A stretch of 64,000 nt of DNA from Octopus sinensis (Eukaryota), in contig NC_043013.1 of assembly GCF_006345805.1 (NCBI RefSeq), positions 55,924,001 to 55,988,000 on the forward strand, given 5' to 3'. Shown here piece after piece: positions 51,801-63,200 of this stretch. How positions within the stretch are numbered: the stretch's first letter is position 1; the number at the start of each line of letters is the position of its first letter. The notes beneath the pieces are model-generated. The model saw only the letters and a program-made list of their open reading frames with translations, was not told where the DNA came from and did not search any database. The position numbers and the translations under genes are program-made.

Positions 51801-54800
51801 AATTAATTTGGAATAATTATCAATTACACCAAGTAGTCTTCGGCATGTAAAAGCCTCATTTGAGGAAAATTTAAGTAATACTAAGCAATAAGGGTTCAGC
51901 AACGAATTGCCTTACCACATACCGAATTTAGAAATAGCAGTCAAAGGGTTATAGCTATTTCTTCTACTAAAAAGGGAGATCTCAGTAAAAACAGCAATTG
52001 GAAGGCTGACACAAACAGGTAAGAGAGAATGAATTAACCGCAATCTATCAAACATTTTTAAAAGTTATCCACGGACGTACGTTTCGAAATCAAGTTTTAG
52101 GAAAGCATAAGAATTAAAATATTAAATATTAAATAATTCTATCTTACCGAAACTTCTTTTCTCTTCAGCGTGGAATACTATAATCATAAATGATTATATA
52201 TTGAATTTTGAGATACTAGGAGGTACCAACTCAACTCAGTATCAGAGCGAGCTAGAATCCTCAACTAGTATCACCGAATTCAAATTTGTGAATGAAACGA
52301 TTGTGTCAACAGCCCCTTCCCACCCGCGTGTAGCCAAAACAAGATGCTGTAGTCATCTACTGAGATAAAATATGGTTATCCGTAATAATGAAGGGTGAAA
52401 TTAATTAATTTGGAATAATTATCAATTACACCAAGTAGTCTTCGGCATGTAAAAGCCTCATTTGAGGAAAATTTAAGTAATACTAAGCAATAAGGGTTCA
52501 GCAACGAATTGCCTTACCACATACCGAATTTAGAAATAGCAGTCAAAGGGTTATAGCTATTTCTTCTACTAAAAAGGGAGATCTCAGTAAAAACAGCAAT
52601 TGGAAGGCTGACACAAACAGGTAAGAGAGAATGAATTAACCGCAATCTATCAAACATTTTAAAAGTTATCCACGGACGTACGTTTCGAAATCAAGTTTTA
52701 GGAAAGCTAAGAATTAAAATATTAAATATTAAATAATTCTATCTTACCGAAACTTCTTTTCTCTTCAGCGTGGAATACTATAATCATAAATGATTATATA
52801 TTGAATTTTGAGATACTAGGAGGTACCAACTCAACTCAGTATCAGAGCGAGCTAGAATCCTCAACTAGTATCACCGAATTCAAATTTGTGAATGAAACGA
52901 TTGTGTCAACAGCCCCTTCCCACCCGCGTGTAGCCAAAACAAGATGCTGTAGTCATCTACTGAGATAAAATATGGTTATCCGTAATAATGAAGGGTGAAA
53001 TTAATTAATTTGGAATAATTATCAATTACACCAAGTAGTCTTCGGCATGTAAAAGCCTCATTTGAGGAAAATTTAAGTAATACTAAGCAATAAGGGTTCA
53101 GCAACGAATTGCCTTACCACATACCGAATTTAGAAATAGCAGTCAAAGGGTTATAGCTATTTCTTCTACTAAAAAGGGAGATCTCAGTAAAAACAGCAAT
53201 TGGAAGGCTGACACAAACAGGTAAGAGAGAATGAATTAACCGCAATCTATCAAACATTTTTAAAAGTTATCCACGGACGTACGTTTCGAAATCAAGTTTT
53301 AGGAAAGCATAAGAATTAAAATATTAAATATTAAATAATTCTATCTTACCGAAACTTCTTTTCTCTTCAGCGTGGAATACTATAATCATAAATGATTATA
53401 TATTGAATTTTGAGATACTAGGAGGTACCAACTCAACTCAGTATCAGAGCGAGCTAGAATCCTCAACTAGTATCACCGAATTCAAATTTGTGAATGAAAC
53501 GATTGTGTCAACAGCCCCTTCCCACCCGCGTGTAGCCAAAACAAGATGCTGTAGTCATCTACTGAGATAAAATATGGTTATCCGTAATAATGAAGGGTGA
53601 AATTAATTAATTTGGAATAATTATCAATTACACCAAGTAGTCTTCGGCATGTAAAAGCCTCATTTGAGGAAAATTTAAGTAATACTAAGCAATAAGGGTT
53701 CAGCAACGAATTGCCTTACCACATACCGAATTTAGAAATAGCAGTCAAAGGGTTATAGCTATTTCTTCTACTAAAAAGGGAGATCTCAGTAAAAACAGCA
53801 ATTGGAAGGCTGACACAAACAGGTAAGAGAGAATGAATTAACCGCAATCTATCAAACATTTTTAAAAGTTATCCACGGACGTACGTTTCGAAATCAAGTT
53901 TTAGGAAAGCATAAGAATTAAAATATTAAATATTAAATAATTCTATCTTACCGAAACTTCTTTTCTCTTCAGCGTGGAATACTATAATCATAAATGATTA
54001 TATATTGAATTTGAGATACTAGGAGGTACCAACTCAACTCAGTATCAGAGCGAGCTAGAATCCTCAACTAGTATCACCGAATTCAAATTTGTGAATGAAA
54101 CGATTGTGTCAACAGCCCCTTCCCACCCGCGTGTAGCCAAAACAAGATGCTGTAGTCATCTACTGAGATAAAATATGGTTATCCGTAATAATGAAGGGTG
54201 AAATTAATTAATTTGGAATAATTATCAATTACACCAAGTAGTCTTCGGCATGTAAAAGCCTCATTTGAGGAAAATTTAAGTAATACTAAGCAATAAGGGT
54301 TCAGCAACGAATTGCCTTACCACATACCGAATTTAGAAATAGCAGTCAAAGGGTTATAGCTATTTCTTCTACTAAAAAGGGAGATCTCAGTAAAAACAGC
54401 AATTGGAAGGCTGACACAAACAGGTAAGAGAGAATGAATTAACCGCAATCTATCAAACATTTTTAAAAGTTATCCACGGACGTACGTTTCGAAATCAAGT
54501 TTTAGGAAAGCATAAGAATTAAAATATTAAATATTAAATAATTCTATCTTACCGAAACTTCTTTTCTCTTCAGCGTGGAATACTATAATCATAAATGATT
54601 ATATATTGAATTTGAGATACTAGGAGGTACCAACTCAACTCAGTATCAGAGCGAGCTAGAATCCTCAACTAGTATCACCGAATTCAAATTTGTGAATGAA
54701 ACGATTGTGTCAACAGCCCCTTCCCACCCGCGTGTAGCCAAAACAAGATGCTGTAGTCATCTACTGAGATAAAATATGGTTATCCGTAATAATGAAGGGT

Positions 54801-57568
54801 GAAATTAATTAATTTGGAATAATTATCAATTACACCAAGTAGTCTTCGGCATGTAAAAGCCTCATTTGAGGAAAATTTAAGTAATACTAAGCAATAAGGG
54901 TTCAGCAACGAATTGCCTTACCACATACCGAATTTAGAAATAGCAGTCAAAGGGTTATAGCTATTTCTTCTACTAAAAGGGAGATCTCAGTAAAAACAGC
55001 AATTGGAAGGCTGACACAAACAGGTAAGAGAGAATGAATTAACCGCAATCTATCAAACATTTTTAAAAGTTATCCACGGACGTACGTTTCGAAATCAAGT
55101 TTTAGGAAAGCATAAGAATTAAAATATTAAATATTAAAAATTCTATCTTACCGAAACTTCTTTTCTCTTCAGCGTGGAATACTATAATCATAAATGATTA
55201 TATATTGAATTTTGAGATACTAGGAGGTACCAACTCAACTCAGTATCAGAGCGAGCTAGAATCCTCAACTAGTATCACCGAATTCAAATTTGTGAATGAA
55301 ACGATTGTGTCAACAGCCCTTCCCACCGCGTGTAGCCAAAACAAGATGCTGTAGTCATCTACTGAGATAAAATATGGTTATCCGTAATAATGAAGGGTGA
55401 AATTAATTAATTTGGAATAATTATCAATTACACCAAGTAGTCTTCGGCATGTAAAAGCCTCATTTGAGGAAAATTTAAGTAATACTAAGCAATAAGGGTT
55501 CAGCAACGAATTGCCTTACCACATACCGAATTTAGAAATAGCAGTCAAAGGGTTATAGCTATTTCTTCTACTAAAAAGGGAGATCTCAGTAAAAACAGCA
55601 ATTGGAAGGCTGACACAAACAGGTAAGAGAGAATGAATTAACCGCAATCTATCAAACATTTTTAAAGTTATCCACGGACGTACGTTTCGAAATCAAGTTT
55701 TAGGAAAGCATAAGAATTAAAATATTAAATATTAAATAATTCTATCTTACCGAAACTTCTTTTCTCTTCAGCGTGGAATACTATAATCATAAATGATTAT
55801 ATATTGAATTTTGAGATACTAGGAGGTACCAACTCAACTCAGTATCAGAGCGAGCTAGAATCCTCAACTAGTATCACCGAATTCAAATTTGTGAATGAAA
55901 CGATTGTGTCAACAGCCCCTTCCCACCCGCGTGTAGCCAAAACAAGATGCTGTAGTCATCTACTGAGATAAAATATGGTTATCCGTAATAATGAAGGGTG
56001 AAATTAAGCCAAAACAAGATGCTGTAGTCATCTACTGAGATAAAATATGGTTATCCGTAATAATGAAGGGTGAAATTAATTAATTTGGAATAATTATCAA
56101 TTACACCAAGTAGTCTTCGGCATGTAAAAGCCTCATTTGAGGAAAATTTAAGTAATACTAAGCAATAAGGGTTCAGCAACGAATTGCCTTACCACATACC
56201 GAATTAGAAATAGCAGTCAAAGGGTTATAGCTATTTCTTCTACTAAAAAGGGAGATCTCAGTAAAAACAGCAATTGGAAGGCTGACACAAACAGGTAAGA
56301 GAGAATGAATTAACCGCAATCTATCAAACATTTTTAAAAGTTATCCACGGACGTACGTTTCGAAATCAAGTTTTAGGAAAGCATAAGAATTAAAATATTA
56401 AATATTAAATAATTCTATCTTACCGAAACTTCTTTTCTCTTCAGCGTGGAATACTATAATCATAAATGATTATATATTGAATTTGAGATACTAGGAGGTA
56501 CCAACTCAACTCAGTATCAGAGCGAGCTAGAATCCTCAACTAGTATCACCGAATTCAAATTGTGAATGAAACGATTGTGTCGACAGCCCCTTCCCACCCG
56601 CGTGTAGCCAAAACAAGATGCTGTAGTCATCTACTGAGATAAAATATGGTTATCCGTAATAATGAAGGGTGAAATTAATTAATTTGGAATATTATCAATT
56701 ACACCAAGTAGTCTTCGGCATGTAAAAGCCTCATTTGAGGAAAATTTAAGTAATACTAAGCAATAAGGGTTCAGCAACGAATTGCCTTACCACATACCGA
56801 ATTTAGAAATAGCAGTCAAAGGGTTATAGCTATTTCTTCTACTAAAAAGGGAGATCTCAGTAAAAACAGCAATTGGAAGGCTGACACAAACAGGTAAGAG
56901 AGAATGAATTAACCGCAATCTATCAAACATTTTTAAAAGTTATCCACGGACGTACGTTTCGAAATCAAGTTTTAGGAAAGCATAAGAATTAAAATATTAA
57001 ATATTAAATAATTCTATCTTACCGAAACTTCTTTTCTCTTCAGCGTGGAATACTATAATCATAAATGATTATATATTGAATTTTGAGATACTAGGAGGGT
57101 ACCAACTCAACTCAGTATCAGAGCGAGCTAGAATCCTCAACTAGTATCACCGAATTCAAATTTGTGAATGAAACGATTGTGTCAACAGCCCCTTCCCACC
57201 CGCGTGTAGCCAAAACAAGATGCTGTAGTCATCTACTGAGATAAAATATGGTTATCCGTAATAATGAAGGGTGAAATTAATTAATTTGGAATAATTATCA
57301 ATTACACCAAGTAGTCTTCGGCATGTAAAAGCCTCATTTGAGGAAAATTTAAGTAATACTAAGCAATAAGGGTTCAGCAACGAATTGCCTTACCACATAC
57401 CGAATTTAGAAATAGCAGTCAAAGGGTTATAGCTATTTCTTCTACTAAAAAGGGAGATCTCAGTAAAAACAGCAATTGGAAGGCTGACACAAACAGGTAA
57501 GAGAGAATGAATTAACCGCAATCTATCAAACATTTTTAAAAGTTATCCACGGACGTACGTTTCGAAAT
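48869..57568 (-). repeat. Tandem array of ~602-bp units (14 complete + ~210-bp partial), each full unit carrying a hammerhead ribozyme motif; retrozyme-like / Penelope pLTR-like satellite
   Basis: Unit marker ctaagcaataagggttcagc recurs at 48871, 49473, 50075, 50677, 51278, 51881, 52483, 53083, 53685, 54286, 54887, 55485, 56158, 56756, 57359. Spacing is 598-603 bp, except one 673-bp unit with an internal 72-bp duplication. Units differ mainly by homopolymer indels. No ORF of 60 aa or more of credible composition. Confidence 0.97.
49058..49164 (-). ncRNA. Type I hammerhead ribozyme motif (first of 14 complete copies, one per array unit)
   Basis: Minus strand reads TCCACG-CTGAAGA-G(aaaagaagttt...aaacttgattt)C-GAAA-CGTACG-TC-CGTGGA. 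Stem I TCCACG (49164-49159) pairs with CGTGGA (49063-49058). Core CUGANGA at 49158-49152; stem II closed by G-C (49151/49076); GAAA at 49075-49072; stem III palindrome ACGTACGT; GUC triplet with predicted cleavage between 49064 and 49063. Activity is not demonstrated. Confidence 0.85.
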
Positions 57569-57630
57569 GTAGTTGATTTGATTAAATTAATATCCAATTT
57601 CTCACCCTCATTTTAAATTAAAATTATATA
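57569..57630 (-). repeat. Right copy of ~57-bp inverted repeat bracketing the ribozyme array
   Basis: gtagttgatttgattaaattaatatccaatttctcaccctcattttaaattaaaattatata directly abuts the last array base and matches the reverse complement of 48765-48822 with a few mismatches. Confidence 0.85.
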
Positions 57631-58689
57631 TGTGTGTGTATGTATTATGTGAATGTGTGTATGTTTTTGTCTGTTTGTTTTGTCATTGAATGTATGCTGC
57701 GCATGAGTGACCCTGTCATACAAGTCATATCATTCGTTTCTGATATTGAGCAAAAACTTGTCCTGTTATATTACTTTGCTTTGGAAACGGGTGAGGTCTG
57801 GGGACAGTAAAGGCATCCAGCCATAGAAAATCTACCTGTTACTTCATATGAACCATTCATGCAAAGAAAAAGGAATACAAAAAAATGATGAAGGTGATGA
57901 TGTGGAGGTGGAAGATGAAGAGGAGGCGGGGTGTAGGAGGCAGGGTGGAAGATGTGGTGCAGACGAGGCAAGACAGAGGAGGTGGGTCAGAAGAGGAAGG
58001 GTAGGAGAAGACTAAGAATGACAACCATTTCATTAGGTTAATAACAATTTACAATTTTTCTGAGATTACAGAACATTTCAGCTGAAAAAAAAAAACATTA
58101 AGGAAAGTGATGCCATACTTTATTTCCTCAGCCTTAACTTTATTTTTTTGTATTGTTTTGTCTCAATTTTTTGCAGTAGAAGAATTTCATAGTAGCTTCC
58201 TGCTATATGTGTGTTTTCAGGTTGTATTGCATTCAAAGGATTGGAACATTAGTCACAGCATTGACTAAAGTCATTATAATAATATTCCATGAAATATTCT
58301 TCAATTTGTCTTTGTTTACAGAAGATTTTAGTAACGGCGGGATGCAAGAAAGCATCAGATATGCTCAATACACATCAGGATGACCATAACTCTTGAAGAA
58401 ATACACAGGGATTGAACTAATCAAATCTGATATAATTAAAGCATTTATTTATCTATCTGTCTATCTATCACTTTCTATTTTTCTGTCTTTTCCCCCCCTC
58501 TCTCTCTCTCTCTGTATATATATGTATATATAGAGAGAAAGAGAGAGGGAGAGATAAATAGATAGATAGATAGATAGATAGATATGTGCATGTGTGCTCA
58601 TATATATATATATATATGTATGTATAATGTATTATTACTAGAGTTGCTATTGCTTATCAACCAATATGTTAATCTTTTACAGACATTCT

Positions 58690-58912
58690 GATTTTGATAT
58701 TATCATTATTATTATTACGCTCATCATCACCATCAGCATTATTATTATTGTTATTATTATCATCATTATTTTTATTAACATTTTTCTTCTTCTTCTTCTT
58801 CTTCTTCTTCTTCTTCTTCTTCTTCTTCTTCTTCTTCTTCTTCTTCGCCTTATTACTATTGTTGCTACTGTTGTTGTTGTTATTATTGATATTATTATTA
58901 TGATTATTATTG
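58690..58912. repeat. Compound (ATT)n / (CTT)n / (GTT)n microsatellite
   Basis: Direct reading; source of the poly-K/poly-F/poly-L pseudo-ORFs. Confidence 0.95.
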
Positions 58913-59466
58913 AGTGAGAGAGCAGTGCATGCCATCAAAGTGACACTGGGGTAAAATACATGAAGCCCAGTATACCTATCATAACTACCCGTCTGATAAG
59001 GGTGCACTAGGCACATGCATCATAACCATATATGCACGACATGGTGATCTCCTATCAAGATAAACAGCACATGACTTTGCAGGTGGGGCCCAGTTAGAAT
59101 TTTCTTCTGGTCGAGTAGCCCATCTCACTCAAAAGGTCGTTTAATAAAGGTTGTTTAATGGATGTTGAATGAAACACCCATGTTTCCAGAGGTGAATTAT
59201 TCAAATCCCAAAGTATCCCTCTCAACACATGGCTATGATGCTCCCCCACTACTTCTGCTCGTGATCAGAGATGCACATATCGTCAGCCACTAAGGGACAT
59301 GCTCAACTGATTAAGGCCAAACAACTGACACACAGATCTGTGGTATTGAGCAGAATATTTGCTGTAGCCCATCTTTTATACCAAGACAAAACAATGTACA
59401 TGATAACACTTCCAATCAGTTAAGATCAGAAGCCATGAGAGCCACTGCCTGGTACTGCATCAGGGC
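58913..59466. mobile_element. Unclassified ~550-bp interspersed element embedded between (ATT)n tracts
   Basis: Complex sequence of higher GC content with sharp borders to (ATT)n-rich tracts at 58690-58912 and 59467-59562; no ORF. Repeat status is inferred, since only one copy is in the window. Confidence 0.45.
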
Positions 59467-59507
59467 TATTATGATTATTATTATTATTATTATGATTATC
59501 ATTATCA

Positions 59508-59559
<52 letters not shown>

Positions 59560-59562
59560 CAT

Positions 59563-61252
59563 TACTTTTATTTTCTTCTTTCAAATTTGCTACCATTTCT
59601 TGCCGAGTGTCTTCCCGACTCCTAGGGCAAAGAAACTCATAGTATACATTGGTAGACCATTAAACCAAACTCAATAGTTCGTTCATTTTTAAAATTTTTT
59701 TTAAGTTAAATTAAAATACATGAGCAGCAACAGTTCTCACATCGACAATGCTCTTCTCAATACGTGTGATGTACCAGTTAAGACAATCTTTTGCACTTCT
59801 TGCAGGGATGGTAAGCAAGGGATCATTCTCATATAATTTTCGGTTCCCTTCTTGATCATTCCTAGTGCTCCTATGATCACTGGTATTGTAACCGCCTTGA
59901 GATGCCACATTTTCTCAATTTCAATGAGTAGGTCTTTATATTTTCTGAGCTTGTCAAACTCTTTCGCTGAGATATTATGATCACAGGGGATGCTCATGTC
60001 GATCAATAAGCAAACTTTATTGTTTTGATCTTTCACAACAATATCTGGTTTATTGGCCTTGATGGTTCGGTCTGTATGTACTGGAAAGTCCCACAGAATG
60101 GTTACATTTTCTCCTTCAGTTACAGCCTCAGGGTGGTGATTATACCACTTGTCGGAAGTTTTGATATTGTAATGCCGACTTATTAGCCAGTGTAGATATT
60201 GGCCAACTCTGTCATGTCTTAATTTATACTCCACTGGAGCTAAGACTTTACATCCAGAGATTAGGTGGTCCACTGTTTCAATCATGTCGTTGCAGAATCA
60301 GCATTTTGGGTCTGCTCCATTTTTCATCACATTGGCCTGGTAGTTCCGGGTTAATAGGCTTTGATCTTGAGCAGCCAGGATGAAACCTTCGCTCTCTGCT
60401 TTTAGCCCTGAGCTCCGTAGCCACTGATGGGTTTGCTTCTGGTCAACATCAGCTTGTTTGCTGCGGGCCACATATTTGCCGTGCAGAGGTTTCTCCTCCC
60501 ACCTATCAGCCAATTGCTCGTGTGCTTTTTTCGTTGCCATTATTTTCACCTTCTTTGCAATAATAGTTGCCGTACTTCCCTCGGGTTGTTCAGTTTGGGT
60601 ATCCTGCACGAGATCAATAGCAAATTTTTTGCTTTCCTTTATGATAGAATGAAGCTTCTTTCGTCTCTCGTGATTTTCCACGAGCTTTAGCATCCAGTCA
60701 TTCGATATTTCGAGATATTTGGCCAGTCCAATTGTGGTTGTTTTGTAAGCTAGTTCACATTGGATCAGGCCTCGACCTCCTTGGGCTCTGGGAAGGTAAA
60801 GGCGATCTACGTCTGCCTTTGGGTGGTGCATCCTATTATAACTCAGCAGCTTGCGTATTTTCCTATCTATATTCTTTACTTCACTCATATTCCAGTTCAA
60901 CACATTGTAGCTATAAGTAACAACTGGAACTGCTAAGGAATTTATAGCTAACACCTTGTTACGTGCATTTAGTTCAGATTTCAGGACTGCACGAACTCTC
61001 CTATAACATTCCTTCCTGATTTTGCCTTTCATGCTTGCATGCTGAATACCAGAGCCTTCATTTATCCCTAAATATTTGTATGTTTGTTCTTGCTCAAGCT
61101 CACTTATGACTGTGTCAACATCTAACACGACTGAATTTGTGGTCTTCACTTTCCCTTTCTGGAAAGTGGCCTTGGCACACTTCTCAAGTCCAAACTCCAT
61201 CCCGATGTCATCGCTGAAAGCTTTCACAGTGCGCAATAGGCCTTCAAGTTCT
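59563..61252 (-). mobile_element. 5'-truncated R4/Dong-like non-LTR retrotransposon (RT C-terminal region, CCHC knuckle, restriction-like endonuclease), inserted in (AAT)n
   Basis: ORF 60298-61236 (SDDIGMEFGLEKCA, YKYLG, LYLPRAQGGRGL, LAAQDQSL) and in-frame ORF 59737-60285 (ETVDHLISGC, RHDRV, KPDIVV..ID..IP, K..KY) are separated by one TGA at 60298-60300. About 170-bp 3' UTR. (AAT)n-type tracts on both sides (59465-59562, 61253-61310). Confidence 0.9.
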
Positions 61253-61265
61253 CATCATTATTATC

Positions 61266-61312
<47 letters not shown>

Positions 61313-61664
61313 AAGTAGTAGTAGTAGTGTTGTCTTCATCTATGTCATTGTTGTTATTTTGTATTCACTGTAGCAGCTGCTGCTGCTGTTATCTGCAACC
61401 AAGATAAACATTATATTCCCTCCTGAAATACTTTCACTTTACTTATGTCAAAAATAATATTAAGAGAAATAAAAAAAAAAAGAAATATTACAATTTGCAT
61501 ATCTTTTCCTCTAAAGTCTTGTTAAACATATATTCATATGTAGATAAACATACAATTTGTGTGTGTTTGAATATATACATATACATACATACATACATAC
61601 ATACACATATACACATACATTATATATATATATAAACACATACATTTATATATAATATCATCAA

Positions 61665-61965
61665 CATCATCGTCATTTAACGTCCGCCTTCCATGCTGGC
61701 ATGGGTTGGACAAAAAGAAAGGAACTGGCCAGGCAGGAGCCTGCACCAGACTTCTGTGCCTGGCATAGCTTTTACGGCTGGATGCCATTCCTAATACTGA
61801 CCACTCAACAGAGTGGACTGAGTTCGTTTTATGTGGCACAAGCACAGGCAAGGTAAGTTTTGGTAAGGTTTCTACAGCTGGATGCCTTTCCAAATGCCAA
61901 CCACTTCATAATGTGAACTGGATGCTTTTTAAGTGTCACCAGCACTGGCAGAGTCACCCAGTAAC
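61665..61965 (-). mobile_element. RTE 3'-tail-related short repeat (SINE-like or LINE 3' end)
   Basis: Reverse complement matches the RTE tail at 48500-48686 (gcattaggaa.ggcatccagc.gtaaaa...ccaacccatgccagcatggaa.gcggacgttaaatgacgatg). Confidence 0.7.
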
Positions 61966-62189
61966 TTTCCAGACAAGGATCATTTGAGAAGGGCTGCTGG
62001 ATAGCAATGCTACAGAGAACTGCGACATGAAGACAAAATGGGGGTATAAAAGATAACCCTGAAAGAGGAGATGTGACGAGGAAAAGAGATGTGGTTTGGT
62101 CTGTTGGGGATTGGTGTGGTAGGGAGTTACATGTGGGTGGCAAACACAACACTTCTAGAAGTCAGCATCACTGATGTGGGTGGGTCTTC

Positions 62190-63200
62190 TCAAGATCATA
62201 TCACCAAATATTTCAGTCCATTGCCATTTCTTCCATGAGGCCCAACATCCTGAGATCGGTCCTCACCACATCATCCCATCTCCTCCTGAGACTCCTTCTT
62301 CTGCAGGGACCATTCACTTTCACTGATTGACACTTCTTTACATGGCTGTCTTCATTCATAGGCATCACATGTCCAAACCAACGTAGTCTTCTCTTTTGCA
62401 TAGAGTCTATTTTCTGTACATTTTTGGTGTTATTGTACCTGCACATCTTCCGCACACAAAAGCTATTTTCCCTGTTAACCTTCCTCTGATATTGCTGCAC
62501 CTTTTATGTGTCTAAAGCTTACACTGGGTGTATTTTATGGAGTTTCTACCTACACCTTTCCTACAGATTGAGGAGGGTCATCTACTTAAAGGGATTTGTG
62601 ATTTATCTGCCTTCCTACTTCCTAAGACTTTGGTTTTTACTAGATTAACTCTAAAGCTCTTTGATTCCAGACCTTACTTCCATACCTGAAACTTCTTCTC
62701 CAGTTCTGGTATTGATTCAGCTATAAGAAGAAGGTCATCAGCATGGAGGAACTCCCAGAGGCATCCTGTCTTAAATTCCTCTGTTATTGCCCAAAAGACT
62801 ATGATGAACAATAGGGGCTGAGGACTGATCCCTACTTGTACACTGAATTCTATGCTGTACTCGTTGCCAACCCTCACCTTACTGGTAGCATCCCTGTACA
62901 TGGCTTGTACACCTCTCACCATTTATCCTTAGTTTCCACATTGACAACCAGATATTATTGAACATAGGCAAACTTCTTCTTTTCTGCTTCTCCCTTGACT
63001 AAATACACCTGTCTCCTAGCTTCCCTTCTGGCTATCTGATACAGTTCCCTGCTATCCTAACTCTTCCAGGCCTGTTTCCTTACTCTAATGGCCCTGTCTA
63101 CAGCATCTTTCCACCACCAGGAATTTTGTACCACCCACAGATTTGGGCTGTAGCACTCTGCAAGCTGTCACACACTTTCTAAGTAACATCTTAATTCTAC
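62190..63200 (-). mobile_element. Internally deleted, degenerate RTE LINE fragment
   Basis: RRLRWFGHV..M.EDSHVKKCQ and VRGVQAMYRDATSKVRVGNEYS...EEFKTGCLWEFLHADDLL in ORFs 62213-62500 and 62674-62922. Confidence 0.85.

Noticed and set aside
48869-57568. CRISPR array, rDNA/5S or snRNA/histone gene cluster interpretation of the tandem array
   Set aside because: Whole 602-bp units are identical with no unique spacers. I see no rRNA, tRNA or snRNA sequence and no coding frame, and the context is eukaryotic.
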